DNA of 52,414 nucleotides from Burkholderiaceae bacterium (GTDB lineage Bacteria; Pseudomonadota; Gammaproteobacteria; Burkholderiales; Burkholderiaceae_E): NCBI GenBank assembly GCA_044359175.1, contig JBIKMO010000001.1:1-52414 (forward strand), written 5' to 3'. Position 1 is the stretch's first letter; the number at the start of each line of letters is the position of its first letter. The notes below the pieces were generated by a model. That model was not told where the DNA came from and did not search any database. It saw only the letters and a program-made list of their open reading frames with translations. This document shows positions 1 to 9,225 of the stretch, piece by piece. The position numbers were made by a program, and so were the translations under genes.

Positions 1-2
1 AC

Positions 3-1085
3 CTCGAGCGCGAGGGCGAGCGCGTGCATCCGATCACGAAGCGGCTGGCCAACGAGAGCCGGCACTTCGAGCGGCAGGCGGGTGAGCACGACCTGCAGGC
101 CTTCTTCGCGCTGCGCACCATGGACGAGATCATGGCGCGCAACTTCATGACGTTCGTCGACCTGCTCGAGGCCGAGCACTACGACCTGGTGGTCGGCGAC
201 GAGGCCTGGGACGTCGACTACCACTACCACGAGAACCCCGAGCTCAAGCGCCAGCCCTTCGTGTTCCTCACCGACTTCGTCGGCTGCCTGCCGATGAGCG
301 ACGACGAGCGCGAGCACTACCTCTGCGCGGACCGCAACGCCGACGACCTCGAGCACATCGCCCGCTATCCGTGGATCCGAGACCGCGCGATCTTCGTCGG
401 CAACCCCGACGACGTGCCCGATCTGCCCTTCGGTCCGGGCCTGCCGAACATCCGTGACTGGACGAGGCGCAACTTCGCGTTCTCAGGCTATGCGCTGCCC
501 TTCGATCCCGCGGCGCTCGCCGACACCGATGCGCTGCGCGCCCGGCACGGCTACCTTCGCGAAGAGAAGCTGATCGTGGCCGCCGTGGGCGGCACCTCGG
601 TGGGGCGCCCGCTGCTCACGAAGATCGCGCAGGCGTTCGACGACATGAAGCGCCGCGAGCCCGCGCTGCGGATGGTGCTGGTGGCCGGCCCGCGCCTGCC
701 GACCGATGCGTTCCCCGAGCGGCGCGGGCTCGAGGTGAAGCCCTACGTGCACAACCTCTTCGAGCACCTCGCCTGCGCCGACCTCGCGCTGGTGCAGGGC
801 GGCCTCAGCACGACGATGGAACTGGTGGCGACGCGCCGGCCGTTCCTGTCGTTTCCGCTCGAGCGCCATTTCGAGCAGTGCATCCACGTGCGCAACCGGC
901 TCGCGAACTACTGCGCGGACTGCTCGGTGCGGTTCCGCGAGGTCTCGCCCGCCGAGCTCGCGGACCGCGCGCTGGCGACGATGCACGCGCCGGTGACCTA
1001 TCGGCCGGTGGAGACCGACGGGGCCGCGCGGGCGGCGGCGCACATCCTCGCGGTGATGGCGAATCGGGCGTGGGCGAGCGCGTGA
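3..1085 (+). CDS. glycosyltransferase, GT-B fold (GT1/GT28-like), 5'-partial
   Basis: The frame is open to the window edge, with no stop upstream of the listed Met at 24. The C-terminal GT-B signature is VQGGLSTTMELVATRRPFLSFPLERHFEQ. GC3 is high throughout. Confidence 0.7.
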   Translation, partial: LEREGERVHPITKRLANESRHFERQAGEHDLQAFFALRTMDEIMARNFMTFVDLLEAEHYDLVVGDEAWDVDYHYHENPELKRQPFVFLTDFVGCLPMSDDEREHYLCADRNADDLEHIARYPWIRDRAIFVGNPDDVPDLPFGPGLPNIRDWTRRNFAFSGYALPFDPAALADTDALRARHGYLREEKLIVAAVGGTSVGRPLLTKIAQAFDDMKRREPALRMVLVAGPRLPTDAFPERRGLEVKPYVHNLFEHLACADLALVQGGLSTTMELVATRRPFLSFPLERHFEQCIHVRNRLANYCADCSVRFREVSPAELADRALATMHAPVTYRPVETDGAARAAAHILAVMANRAWASA

Positions 1086-1502
1086 ACCGAACCGGGTACC
1101 GGCAGTGGCCAGTGCGTCATGGCCCGGCGAGTCAGCGATGGCGGGGGTCGAGGTCACGATGCGGCGGACTCACCCGATGGGTGAGAGCACACGCAGGCAA
1201 CGGGCGGCGCTGAGTCGAGTCGGCGAGAAGGACGGGATGGCGCAGGGCCGGCCATCCTGCTGGGCCCGTTAGCGCTCGACCTGCGGTGGCAACGGCAGGG
1301 CATCGCGCAATCACTGAGGTTCTATACGCTCACGACGGCGGTGCGCCTGTCCGACCCGCTCGGCTGCTTCTGCGTGCTGACGCATCCGCTGCAGTCCTGG
1401 CGTCGATCGGCGATCTCAACGGCCCGAACGCGACGCCGTCGGCGGCCGACGGAGCGGCCCGTCACCGGGCCGGGCAGTGCGTGCGTGCCGGCTCCGCCCG
1501 CG

Positions 1503-2303
1503 TCAATAGTGGATCGATCCCGGCGAGCCGCCGCCGGTGTCGATCGCACTCCCGTTGACCGCGAGCGCCTTCGGCGAGCACAGGAACGCGACGACGAAGG
1601 CGACTTCGCGCGCGTCGACCAGGTGGCGGACGAGATTGCGCTCGGCCATGCCGCGCTCGATGTCGGCTTCGGGCCTGCCGGTGCGCTTCGCCTGCCAGGC
1701 CACCACGCCGGGCGTCGCCTCCGTGCGGGTCAGGCCGGGGTGCACGCAGTTGACCGTGATGCCGCTGCCGGCGAGTTCGTCGGCGAGGTTCTTCGTCAGG
1801 GCCATCACGGCGACGTTGCGCATGCTGCCGACCAGGTTGCCGGTCTGGCGCGCGCCGAGTCCGCTCACGTTGACGATGCGGCCCCAGCCTTGCGCCCGCA
1901 TGTGCGGCACGACCTCGCGTGCGACGCGCAGGTAGCCCATCACCTTCACGTTCATGTGATCGAAGAATTCCTCGGTCGTGACCTCGGCGAGCGTCGGCGG
2001 CAGGGACTGGCCCGAGGGCTTCGCGGCGCTGTTGACCAGGATGTCGACGCGGCCGTGAGTCGCCACGACGCGCTCCACCAGGGTCCGCACGTCGGCATCG
2101 ACTCCGGTGTCGCAGGCGAAGCCCTCGATCCGGCGGCCGGTCACCTGCGCGAGTTCCCGCGCGGTGGCCTCGACGGCCGTGCGGTTGCGCGCGGCGAGCG
2201 CGACATCGGCACCTTCCTCCGCGAGCACGCGCGCGATCGCCTTGCCGATGCCGCGGCTGCCTCCGGTGACGATGGCGACGCGGCCGTCCAGTTCCAGGTC
2301 CAT
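1503..2303 (-). CDS. short-chain dehydrogenase/reductase (SDR) family protein with atypical active site
   Basis: Rossmann motif TGGSRGIGKA lies near the N-terminus, with NSAA and HPG motifs further on. An AGGAGA RBS precedes ATG 2303. The longer ORF to 2429 adds an Arg/Pro-rich extension, so I reject it. Confidence 0.88.
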   Translation of the reverse strand: MDLELDGRVAIVTGGSRGIGKAIARVLAEEGADVALAARNRTAVEATARELAQVTGRRIEGFACDTGVDADVRTLVERVVATHGRVDILVNSAAKPSGQSLPPTLAEVTTEEFFDHMNVKVMGYLRVAREVVPHMRAQGWGRIVNVSGLGARQTGNLVGSMRNVAVMALTKNLADELAGSGITVNCVHPGLTRTEATPGVVAWQAKRTGRPEADIERGMAERNLVRHLVDAREVAFVVAFLCSPKALAVNGSAIDTGGGSPGSIHY

Positions 2304-2689
2304 GGCGTTCTCCTGTGCGATCGGCGAGCCGAACCGCGAGTCGTTCGGGGCGAGCGTCGGGTCAGCGCGAACCGACCCCGCGCGGGGCCCGTGCGGCCAC
2401 GGCGCTGCCGGTTCGCTCCCCGGTGGCATGGCATCGATACGGTCGGCCGGATGATAGCGCCTGCCGGTGGGGCGGGCCGATCGTCATCCGAAAGGTCTTC
2501 GCGGCGTCGCTGCCTCAGGTCGTGTTCGCCGAGGCGATGCCGCGACGTGCGGCCGCCGACTCGCGGGTCCGTACCGGTTCGCGGATCGCCGCCGTTCGAG
2601 CAGCCCGCCCGGCGTCGGCCACGCGGCGACCCGCCGCAGCTCGCGCAGCCGGTCGTCCGACGGCGAGGGTCCCTCGCCAGCCCACCCGT

Positions 2690-3151
2690 TCACCCGCGGC
2701 CGGACGTCTCTCGCGCCCGCGCCTGCGCCGCGACCGCGTCCGCGTGCGGCACGTGGAGCAGGTCGACGATCTTGCGCATCAGGTGCCGCTCGTGGGCGCT
2801 GATCTCGGCGTCGGCCCAGGCGACCGCCCACATGCCCTCGATCACCTTCAACTTCTGCTCGGGCGTGAAGCGTCGGTTGATCAGCGACGTGAACTGGAAG
2901 TAGTCGGTCGCCAGCCTCGCCTCCTCGTCGGCGAGCGCGATCAGCCGCTCGGCCTCGTCGGCGGGCAGGCCGAACTTCGAGCGCACCGCGGCGAGCGCGG
3001 CCGCGCGCTCGGTCTCGCGGACCTCGGCGTCGATACGCACCGTCTCGACGAGCAGCGCGGCCGTGGCGAGGCGGATCGCATGCTCGTCGTCGCGCTCGGG
3101 GGTCGCGGGGGAGACGTGGCGGTCGAAGAACTCGACGAGGGCGCGCAGCAT
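2690..3151 (-). CDS. TerB-family (tellurite-resistance TerB / DjlA N-domain-like) protein
   Basis: About 150 aa and acidic-helical: ...AIRLATAALLVETVRIDAEV...EQKLKVIEGMWAVAWADAEISAHERHLMRKIVDLLHV..., typical of TerB-like proteins. I prefer ATG 3151. GTG 3193 is an alternative start. Confidence 0.75.
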   Translation of the reverse strand: MLRALVEFFDRHVSPATPERDDEHAIRLATAALLVETVRIDAEVRETERAAALAAVRSKFGLPADEAERLIALADEEARLATDYFQFTSLINRRFTPEQKLKVIEGMWAVAWADAEISAHERHLMRKIVDLLHVPHADAVAAQARARETSGRG

Positions 3152-3247
3152 GGCGGTTCGGACGGGTGGCGTGCGGAAGGCGTCATGGTGCACGATCGGC
3201 GCGCCGGACGGCCTTCACGGCGCCGCGGGCACCGGTCGGAGGTCGTC

Positions 3248-3520
3248 TCCCGGTTCGGGCAGGCGGCGGGGTCACTCGCGCCGATCGACGCGATCGACCC
3301 GGTGTTCGCCGACCCGCACAGGATGGCACGCGAGGCGATCGTACCCAGGTCCGACGGCCAGGACCGGATGCAGAACGTCGTGCCCCGGTTCACCCGCGAG
3401 CCCGGCACGGTCCGCGGCACGGCCGGCGCGCTCGGCGCCCGCAACGACGAGGACTACGGCGACCGGCTCGGCCTGGCCGCCGCGCAGCGCGAGCGTCTCG
3501 AGGCGGAGGGCACGAGCTGA
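3248..3520 (+). pseudogene. 3' remnant (about 90 codons) of a family III (CaiB/BaiF) CoA-transferase
   Basis: The translated tail APIDAIDPVFADPHRMAREAIV...VPRFTREPGTVRGTAGALGARNDEDYGDRLGLAAAQRERLEAEG matches the conserved C-terminus of CaiB/BaiF CoA-transferases. The upstream ~300 codons are missing, because the opposite-strand TerB gene occupies that space. Confidence 0.55.
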
Positions 3521-3617
3521 GGTCCCGCCCGCGCGGGTTCGCCGGACCGATCTCTGCCCGCGCCGCGGGCCTCGGCCGACCATCGCCTTGCCGATCTTGC
3601 GGTACCCTCTCGTCACC

Positions 3618-3938
3618 GTGGACGACCTGCACCGGGCCAGCGACGAACAGAGCCTTCGCCTGACGCGGGCGGCGCTCCGGCGCCTGATCGCCCGACCGGA
3701 CTTGCTCGAGCAGGTCCGCGCCACCCTGGACCACTGGGACCGGGTGGCACCGCCGGGCTCGAAGCCCTTGCGCGACGAATGGCGCCGCATTCTCGAGCTG
3801 CGCGACTGGGACGCTGCCCTCGACGGCGGCGACCGCGGTCAGCGGCTGCGGCAGGCCTCACCGCTGGGCCGCGCGCTCGACGCACGAACGCGCTGGGCCA
3901 TCATCCGCCAATGCAAAGGTCGCAGCTCGAACACCTGA
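3618..3938 (+). CDS. small hypothetical protein (possible antitoxin-like partner of the downstream nucleotidyltransferase)
   Basis: About 106 aa with high GC3, ending 28 nt inside the next gene. The GTG 3618 start is tentative; TTG near 3597 is also possible. I recognise no motif. Confidence 0.45.
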   Translation: MDDLHRASDEQSLRLTRAALRRLIARPDLLEQVRATLDHWDRVAPPGSKPLRDEWRRILELRDWDAALDGGDRGQRLRQASPLGRALDARTRWAIIRQCKGRSSNT

Positions 3939-4429
3939 TCCGTGCGGCCGCCGAGATCACGAACGAGTACGAGTTCGTGGTCGTCGGCAGCCAGTCGATC
4001 CTCGGCGCGTTGACCGCACCGCCTCCGGAGTGCCTGATCTCGATGGAGGCGGACATCTATCCGATGCACGCACCGGAGCTGGCCGATCTGATCGACGGCG
4101 CGATCGGCGAGCTCTCGCCGTTTCACGCCCACTTCGGCTACTACGCACAGGGGGTATCGCCCACGACGGCCATCCTGCCGCCCGGTTGGGAGCGCCGGCT
4201 CGTGCGGCTGCAGTCGGCGGGAACGAACGGACGGATCGCCTACTGCCTGGATCCCCTGGATCTGTTCGTTTCGAAGGCCTGCGCCGCCCGCGAGAAAGAC
4301 GTCGAGTTCGACCGTGCGTTGCTGCGCAGTGGTGTCGTCGACATCGACGAAGCGGTACGAAGGGCCGAGACCCTGCCCGACCCGGATCGCGTGGCGCGGG
4401 TCGTGCAATGGATCCGGCGTCTGGCATAG
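3911..4429 (+). CDS. minimal nucleotidyltransferase-fold protein (DUF6036-like)
   Basis: Begins MQRSQLEHLIRAAAEITNEYEFVVVGSQSILGA...ISMEADIYP, i.e. a GS...ExD pol-beta-type NTase motif. It also carries GAIGELSPFHAHFGYYAQGVSPTTAILPPGW and SKACAAREKDVEF, typical of this family from memory. ATG at 3911. Confidence 0.72.
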   Translation: MQRSQLEHLIRAAAEITNEYEFVVVGSQSILGALTAPPPECLISMEADIYPMHAPELADLIDGAIGELSPFHAHFGYYAQGVSPTTAILPPGWERRLVRLQSAGTNGRIAYCLDPLDLFVSKACAAREKDVEFDRALLRSGVVDIDEAVRRAETLPDPDRVARVVQWIRRLA

Positions 4430-4643
4430 CCGGACCTGCGACACCGCGCCGCGCGCGCCCCAACCGATCACCGCCGCCGCGAACGCTCGCAGTCTTCTCG
4501 GGGACACGGCCCGGTGAGGATCTGCTCGGGCGAGAGCATGCCGGCCGCGGGTGCTGCCGTTCGAATGGCTGCGGCTGTCTGCGGTCGTACCGGTCGCGTT
4601 CCACGGTCTGTTCCGGCCACACGCGGCCGAGGCCTGATCCGAA

Positions 4644-5534
4644 TCAGGCGGCCGTCTGGGCAGCCGCCGCGGCGATCGCCCCCGCGTTCGTGAGCCAGCA
4701 CCGGTCGCGGTGCGCCGCCACGTGCTCCAGCGCGCGCCGCAGCGCCCGCAGCCGGAACGGCTGCCCGACGATCATCGCGTGCAGCGCGATGCCCATCACC
4801 AGCGGCGTGCCGGCCTCGGCCTGCGCCCGCATCTCGTCGAACTGGTCGATCACCATCGTCGCAAAGTCGTGGGCGTCGACGCGCCGGCCGATGATCGCCG
4901 CGCTGTCGTTGAGCTCCTGCGGGTAGGGCACCGACAGGATCCGCCCGCCGCGCGTGCGCAGCCAGACCGGCTGGTCGTCCATGCACCAGTCGAGCAGGTA
5001 GCGGTAGCCCGCCTCGTGAAGCAGGTCGGGCGTGCGCTCGGTCTCGGCGATCCACGGCGACAGCCAGCCGGCTGGGGGCACGCCCTCGCGCGCGGCGATC
5101 TCGCCGGTGACGTGCGCGATCAGCGCACGCTCGGTCGCCTCGTCGAGCCCGGCCTGGTGTTCCGCGTTGGTTCGGCCGTGCGCGGCGATCTCGGCGCCCA
5201 TCGCGCGGAACCGCGCGGGCAGACCGGGCCAGGTCAGGTAGAGCGCCGAGTTCACCAGCAATGTGGGGGGCCAGCCGAGCCGCTCGAACTCGTCGGCGAG
5301 CCGCCACGCGCCGACCCGGTTGCCGTACTCGCGCCAGGAATCGTTGAGCACGTCGGGCGGCGGGATGCCGGGGCACAGGTCTTCGACGCGACCCTCGCCG
5401 AACGCGTACTGCTCGAGGTTCAGCGCGACATAGACCGCGAGCCGGCGCCCGCCTGGCCACGGGGCGAGCGCGCGGTCGGTGATCGGCCGTTCCTCGAAGC
5501 GGCCGTGCCGGCGCGGCGATTCGAACCCGCTCAC
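4644..5534 (-). CDS. polysaccharide deacetylase family protein (PuuE/allantoinase-like)
   Basis: 296 aa containing WPGGRRLAVYVALNLEQYAFGEG...EIAAHG...GWLSPW...VPYPQELND. GTG start 5534 overlaps the upstream stop by 4 nt (GTGA). The 555-aa ORF to 6311 is an artefact. Confidence 0.85.
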   Translation of the reverse strand: MSGFESPRRHGRFEERPITDRALAPWPGGRRLAVYVALNLEQYAFGEGRVEDLCPGIPPPDVLNDSWREYGNRVGAWRLADEFERLGWPPTLLVNSALYLTWPGLPARFRAMGAEIAAHGRTNAEHQAGLDEATERALIAHVTGEIAAREGVPPAGWLSPWIAETERTPDLLHEAGYRYLLDWCMDDQPVWLRTRGGRILSVPYPQELNDSAAIIGRRVDAHDFATMVIDQFDEMRAQAEAGTPLVMGIALHAMIVGQPFRLRALRRALEHVAAHRDRCWLTNAGAIAAAAAQTAA

Positions 5535-6283
5535 TGCGCGTCCGAGCCGCCGAAGCGCGCGGCGAGCGCGGGGCCCACGCCGTGCTGCGCGCGCGTGGGC
5601 AGCGGGGCGAGGCTGCCCGTACGCGGCTTCGCAGGCCGCGCGTCGACCAGCATCTGCGCGACGCGGACCGCGCAGGTCACGCCGTCGACGATCGGTACCG
5701 GCACCTGCGGCTGCAGCCGTACGGCGACACCGGCCATCACCGCGCCGGTCAGCACGATCGCCTCGCAGCCGTCGCGTGCGGCCAGATCGCAGGCGGCCTC
5801 GATCGCGAGCGCGTCGGACGCGGTCGTATCGCCGGGCGAATAGGGCGCGTCGGAGACGATGCCGCGCCACGCGACCACGCGCGTGCCGTAGCCGTGGCGC
5901 TCGACCACCTCCCGGTAGATCGGCAGTACGCGGTCGCCGAAGACCACCATTCCGATCCGAGTGCCGAGCAGGCTCGCGGTGACCAGCGCGGCTTCGGTGA
6001 TGCCCACCACCGGAATGTCGAGCATCTCGCGCGCGGCCCACAGCCCGCAGTCGTACGAGACGGCGATGATCGCCGCGTCGCAGCCGGACGCATGCTCGGC
6101 GAGCAGCTCCACCGTTGCGTGCTCGGCGACCGCGAGCTCGGTGCGCGTGGCGATCACGCGCGCGCCGAAGCGGCCGGTCACCGCGACGATCTCGGTACCC
6201 AGCCGCGCCGCGGTACGCGCGCCTTCGGCGACCCGACCGGTCACGAAGTCGGAGGTGTTCGAATTGGCGACCAGCAGTCTCAT
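5531..6283 (-). CDS. Asp/Glu/hydantoin racemase family protein
   Basis: 250 aa starting MRLLVANSNTSDFVT and containing ...IIAVSYDCGLWAAREMLDIPVVGITEAAL...EAIVLTGAVMAG..., typical of hydantoin/allantoin racemase-like proteins. ATG 6283. Confidence 0.85.
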   Translation of the reverse strand: MRLLVANSNTSDFVTGRVAEGARTAARLGTEIVAVTGRFGARVIATRTELAVAEHATVELLAEHASGCDAAIIAVSYDCGLWAAREMLDIPVVGITEAALVTASLLGTRIGMVVFGDRVLPIYREVVERHGYGTRVVAWRGIVSDAPYSPGDTTASDALAIEAACDLAARDGCEAIVLTGAVMAGVAVRLQPQVPVPIVDGVTCAVRVAQMLVDARPAKPRTGSLAPLPTRAQHGVGPALAARFGGSDAQ

Positions 6284-6548
6284 CGGGGCTCCGATGCGGG
6301 GGCCCGCGCACCGGTCGCGGGCCCCGCGGGCTCGCCCGGCCGGGCCGGCCTGTCCAGTATCGCCGGGTGCGGCCCGCACGTCAGCACGGCTCTTGCAAGG
6401 ACACGACCATGACCGATCGCGGCCCCCGTCTGCACCACGATGTCGCCGTCCCGTGCACCGTCGCGGGGTGGGCGATGCGGTTGAGCACAGCGGTCGTGCA
6501 TGCCGGGCCGGAAACCGATTCATCGCGAGTGTGTCGGCACTGCGAAGC

Positions 6549-8102
6549 ATGTCCGTCGACCGGACGCCGCAGGGGGACGTGCAGGTGACGGGAACCGAGA
6601 CCCTGTGTCTGCGCGGCGCCCGGGTGCTCGCGCTCGATGACGCGGATACCGAGTGGGACGAGGCCGACGTCGTCGTCGAGGGCGCCCGCATCGTCGCCAT
6701 CGGCCCGGGCGCCGCGCAGGCGTTTTCGCGGCCGTTCGCGCGGACGATCGATGCGCGCGGCCTGCTCGCGATGCCGGGCCTCGTCAACGGCCACTTCCAT
6801 TCGCCGGGTAACCTGATGAAGGGGGGCCTGCCCGGCTACCCGCTCGAGCTGTTCATGTTGCACGAGGTGCCGCCGCTGGCCGAGGGCGGCGACGCCGTGC
6901 GGCTCGCCTACGTGCGGACCGCGATCGGCGCGCTGGAGATGCTGCGCCGGGGTGTGACCGCGGTCCACGACGACGCTTACCACGTGCCGATCGCGACGCC
7001 CGAGGGCATCGACGCGATCTTCGCCGCCTACCGCGACGCGGGCCTGCGCGCGACGGTGACGATCGACCAGCCCGAGCTCGTCGAGCACGAGAAGCTGCCC
7101 TGGATCGGCGAGATGCTTCCGCCCGACTTGAAGCGCGCGATGGACGAGGCGCCGAGGCAGTCGGGCGACGAGCTGATCGCCCTCTACCGCGGGATGATCG
7201 CGCGGTGGCACGGTGGCGAGGGCGGTCGGCTGCGCGTCGCGGTCTCGTGCTCGGCGCCGCAGCGGGTGAGCGTGCCGTACCTGCAGGCGCTGTCCGAGTT
7301 GTCGCGCGAGAACGATCTTCCGTTCGATGTCCACCTGCTCGAGACTCGCCTGCAGCGCGCGCATGCGCTGCTCGCCTGGGGCATGTCGCCGATCCGCCGG
7401 CTGCACGAGCTGGGCGTGCTCGACGAGCGGATGCTCGCGATCCACGCGATCTGGATCGACGAGGCGGACCTCGCGATGCTGGCCGACGCCGGCTGCACGG
7501 TCGCGCACAACCCGGTCTGCAACCTGCGCCTGGGCAGCGGCGTGATGCCCTGGCGCGCGCTGCACGACGCGGGCGTGCCGGTCTGCCTGGGGTCGGATGA
7601 GATGAACGCCGACGACAGCGTGAACCCGTGGTTCGTCGGCAAGACCGCGGCGCTGGTGCACACGCTCGCCAGCCCCGACTTCGACCGCTGGCCGAGGCCG
7701 GCCGAGGTGCTGCGCGCGATGACCCGCGGCGGCGCGCGCGGCATGCGCGCCGAGGGCGAGTTCGGCACGCTGTGCGTCGGCGCCCGCGCTGACCTGCTGC
7801 TGCTCGATCTGGACACCGTGGCCTTCACGCCGCTCAACGACCTGCGCCGTCAACTCGTCCATTGCGAGGACGGGCAGTCGCTGCGGATGACGATCGTCGA
7901 CGGACGCGTCGTCTACGACGCCGGCCGGATCACGACCGTTGACGAAGCCGCGCTGCGTGCCGAGATGCGCGAGCTGATGTTCGGCTTTCGCGCCCGCACC
8001 GCCGCCGCCGCCGCGCAGGCCGAACGCCTCGAGCCCTACTACCGTGCGATGCACGCCCGCGCGTCGACGCTCGACGTCGGGTTGCGCCGCACCCTCTACT
8101 GA
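6549..8102 (+). CDS. amidohydrolase family protein (cytosine/guanine/chlorohydrolase-type deaminase-like)
   Basis: Metal-binding GLVNGHFHS, HLLET, the MLAIHAIW region and CLGSDE. ATG 6549 is used here. GTG 6585, with AGGGGGA 7 nt upstream, is a plausible alternative start. Confidence 0.85.
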   Translation: MSVDRTPQGDVQVTGTETLCLRGARVLALDDADTEWDEADVVVEGARIVAIGPGAAQAFSRPFARTIDARGLLAMPGLVNGHFHSPGNLMKGGLPGYPLELFMLHEVPPLAEGGDAVRLAYVRTAIGALEMLRRGVTAVHDDAYHVPIATPEGIDAIFAAYRDAGLRATVTIDQPELVEHEKLPWIGEMLPPDLKRAMDEAPRQSGDELIALYRGMIARWHGGEGGRLRVAVSCSAPQRVSVPYLQALSELSRENDLPFDVHLLETRLQRAHALLAWGMSPIRRLHELGVLDERMLAIHAIWIDEADLAMLADAGCTVAHNPVCNLRLGSGVMPWRALHDAGVPVCLGSDEMNADDSVNPWFVGKTAALVHTLASPDFDRWPRPAEVLRAMTRGGARGMRAEGEFGTLCVGARADLLLLDLDTVAFTPLNDLRRQLVHCEDGQSLRMTIVDGRVVYDAGRITTVDEAALRAEMRELMFGFRARTAAAAAQAERLEPYYRAMHARASTLDVGLRRTLY

Positions 8103-8130
8103 CCCCGATGACCCCTCACGAGGATTCCCG

Positions 8131-9186
8131 ATGAACCATCGCCTGCTCTGCGCGTTCACCCTGTGCTCGCTGCTCGGCTTCTCGGCCCCGGCCGCCCACG
8201 CCGCCAACCCGACGTCGATGCGCGTCGCCGGCAACTTCTCGTCCAACAAGAACCACGTCGACGGGATCGAGCGGCCGTTCTTCACCGCGCTGCCCAAGCT
8301 GATGGGCACCGGCCTCGCGGTGAACTACAACCCGATGGACGTGCTCGGGGTGCAGGCCGCAGACGCGTTTCGCCTGTTGCGCTCCGGCACCTTCGACGTG
8401 ATGAGCGTGCAGATCGGCATGGCCTCGCGCGACGATCCTTTCTTCGAGGGTATCGACCTGATTGGCGTGTCCACGAACATGGAAGACCTGAAGAAGGCGG
8501 TCGACGCCTATCGCCAGGCGTTCGACGAGCGGTTGCAGAAGAAGTTCAACGCGAAGGTCATGACGCTGTGGCCGTTCGGCCCGCAGGTCTTCTACTGCAA
8601 CAAGCCGATCAAGTCGGTCGACGACCTGAAGGGGCTGAAGGTGCGCAGCTTCACGCCGTCGATGGCCGCACTGATCCAGAGCTTCGGTGCGACTCCGGTG
8701 ACGATGCAGTTCTCCGAGGTCTATCCGTCGCTGCAGCGCGGCGTGGCCGACTGCGGGGTGACTTCGCCCACGTCCGGCAATTCCGGCAAGTGGCCGGAGG
8801 TCACGACGCACTTCCTGCCGCTGTCGGTCTCCGGCTCGGTCCAGGGACATTTCATGAATCTCGACTACTGGAACAAGTTCTCGCCCGAGGTGCAGAAGAG
8901 CCTGATGGCGCAGTTCAAGAAGATGGAGGACGAGATGTGGTCGTTGGCCCATCGGGCCAACGGCGACGCGATGAATTGCAACGTCGGCAAGGAGCCTTGC
9001 AAGGAGGGCACGAAATTCTCGATGACGCTCGTGCCGGTTTCACCCGCCGACGAGAAGAAGGTGAAGGACGCGGTGACCAAGGTCGTGCTGCCGATCTGGA
9101 AGACCTCTTGCAACAAGATCGACCCGAAGTGCACCGAGATCTGGAACGCCACGGTCGGAAAGGCACGCGGCCTGAAGATCGATTGA
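8131..9186 (+). CDS. dctP: TRAP transporter substrate-binding protein (DctP family)
   Basis: Signal peptide MNHRLLCAFTLCSLLGFSAPAAHA/A. DctP-type motifs GLKVRSFTP and FSEVYPSLQRGVADCG. A GAGGA RBS precedes ATG 8131. It is followed by the Q and M subunits. Confidence 0.9.
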   Translation: MNHRLLCAFTLCSLLGFSAPAAHAANPTSMRVAGNFSSNKNHVDGIERPFFTALPKLMGTGLAVNYNPMDVLGVQAADAFRLLRSGTFDVMSVQIGMASRDDPFFEGIDLIGVSTNMEDLKKAVDAYRQAFDERLQKKFNAKVMTLWPFGPQVFYCNKPIKSVDDLKGLKVRSFTPSMAALIQSFGATPVTMQFSEVYPSLQRGVADCGVTSPTSGNSGKWPEVTTHFLPLSVSGSVQGHFMNLDYWNKFSPEVQKSLMAQFKKMEDEMWSLAHRANGDAMNCNVGKEPCKEGTKFSMTLVPVSPADEKKVKDAVTKVVLPIWKTSCNKIDPKCTEIWNATVGKARGLKID

Positions 9187-9187
9187 G

Positions 9188-9201
9188 CGACGCGCGCGTC
9201 G
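9188..9201 (+). other. perfect 14-bp palindrome CGACGCGCGCGTCG between dctP and dctQ (possible intercistronic stem-loop)
   Basis: Read directly from the sequence, 2 nt after the dctP stop. No U-tract follows. Confidence 0.4.
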
Positions 9202-9225
9202 GCCGGCCGGGAAGGGCAGCGGTCC

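Noticed and set aside
1086-1502. 417-bp convergent intergenic region after the glycosyltransferase, with small ORFs (1132-1314, 1286-1558)
   Set aside because: The small ORFs have no coding bias or motifs. Only a weak 7-bp hairpin is present. There is no evidence for a gene or RNA.
4644-6311. 555-aa ORF fusing the deacetylase with upstream sequence
   Set aside because: The N-terminal 259 aa are Arg-rich junk out of frame with the racemase gene. A GTG at 5534 overlapping the racemase stop (GTGA) gives a normal-length deacetylase.
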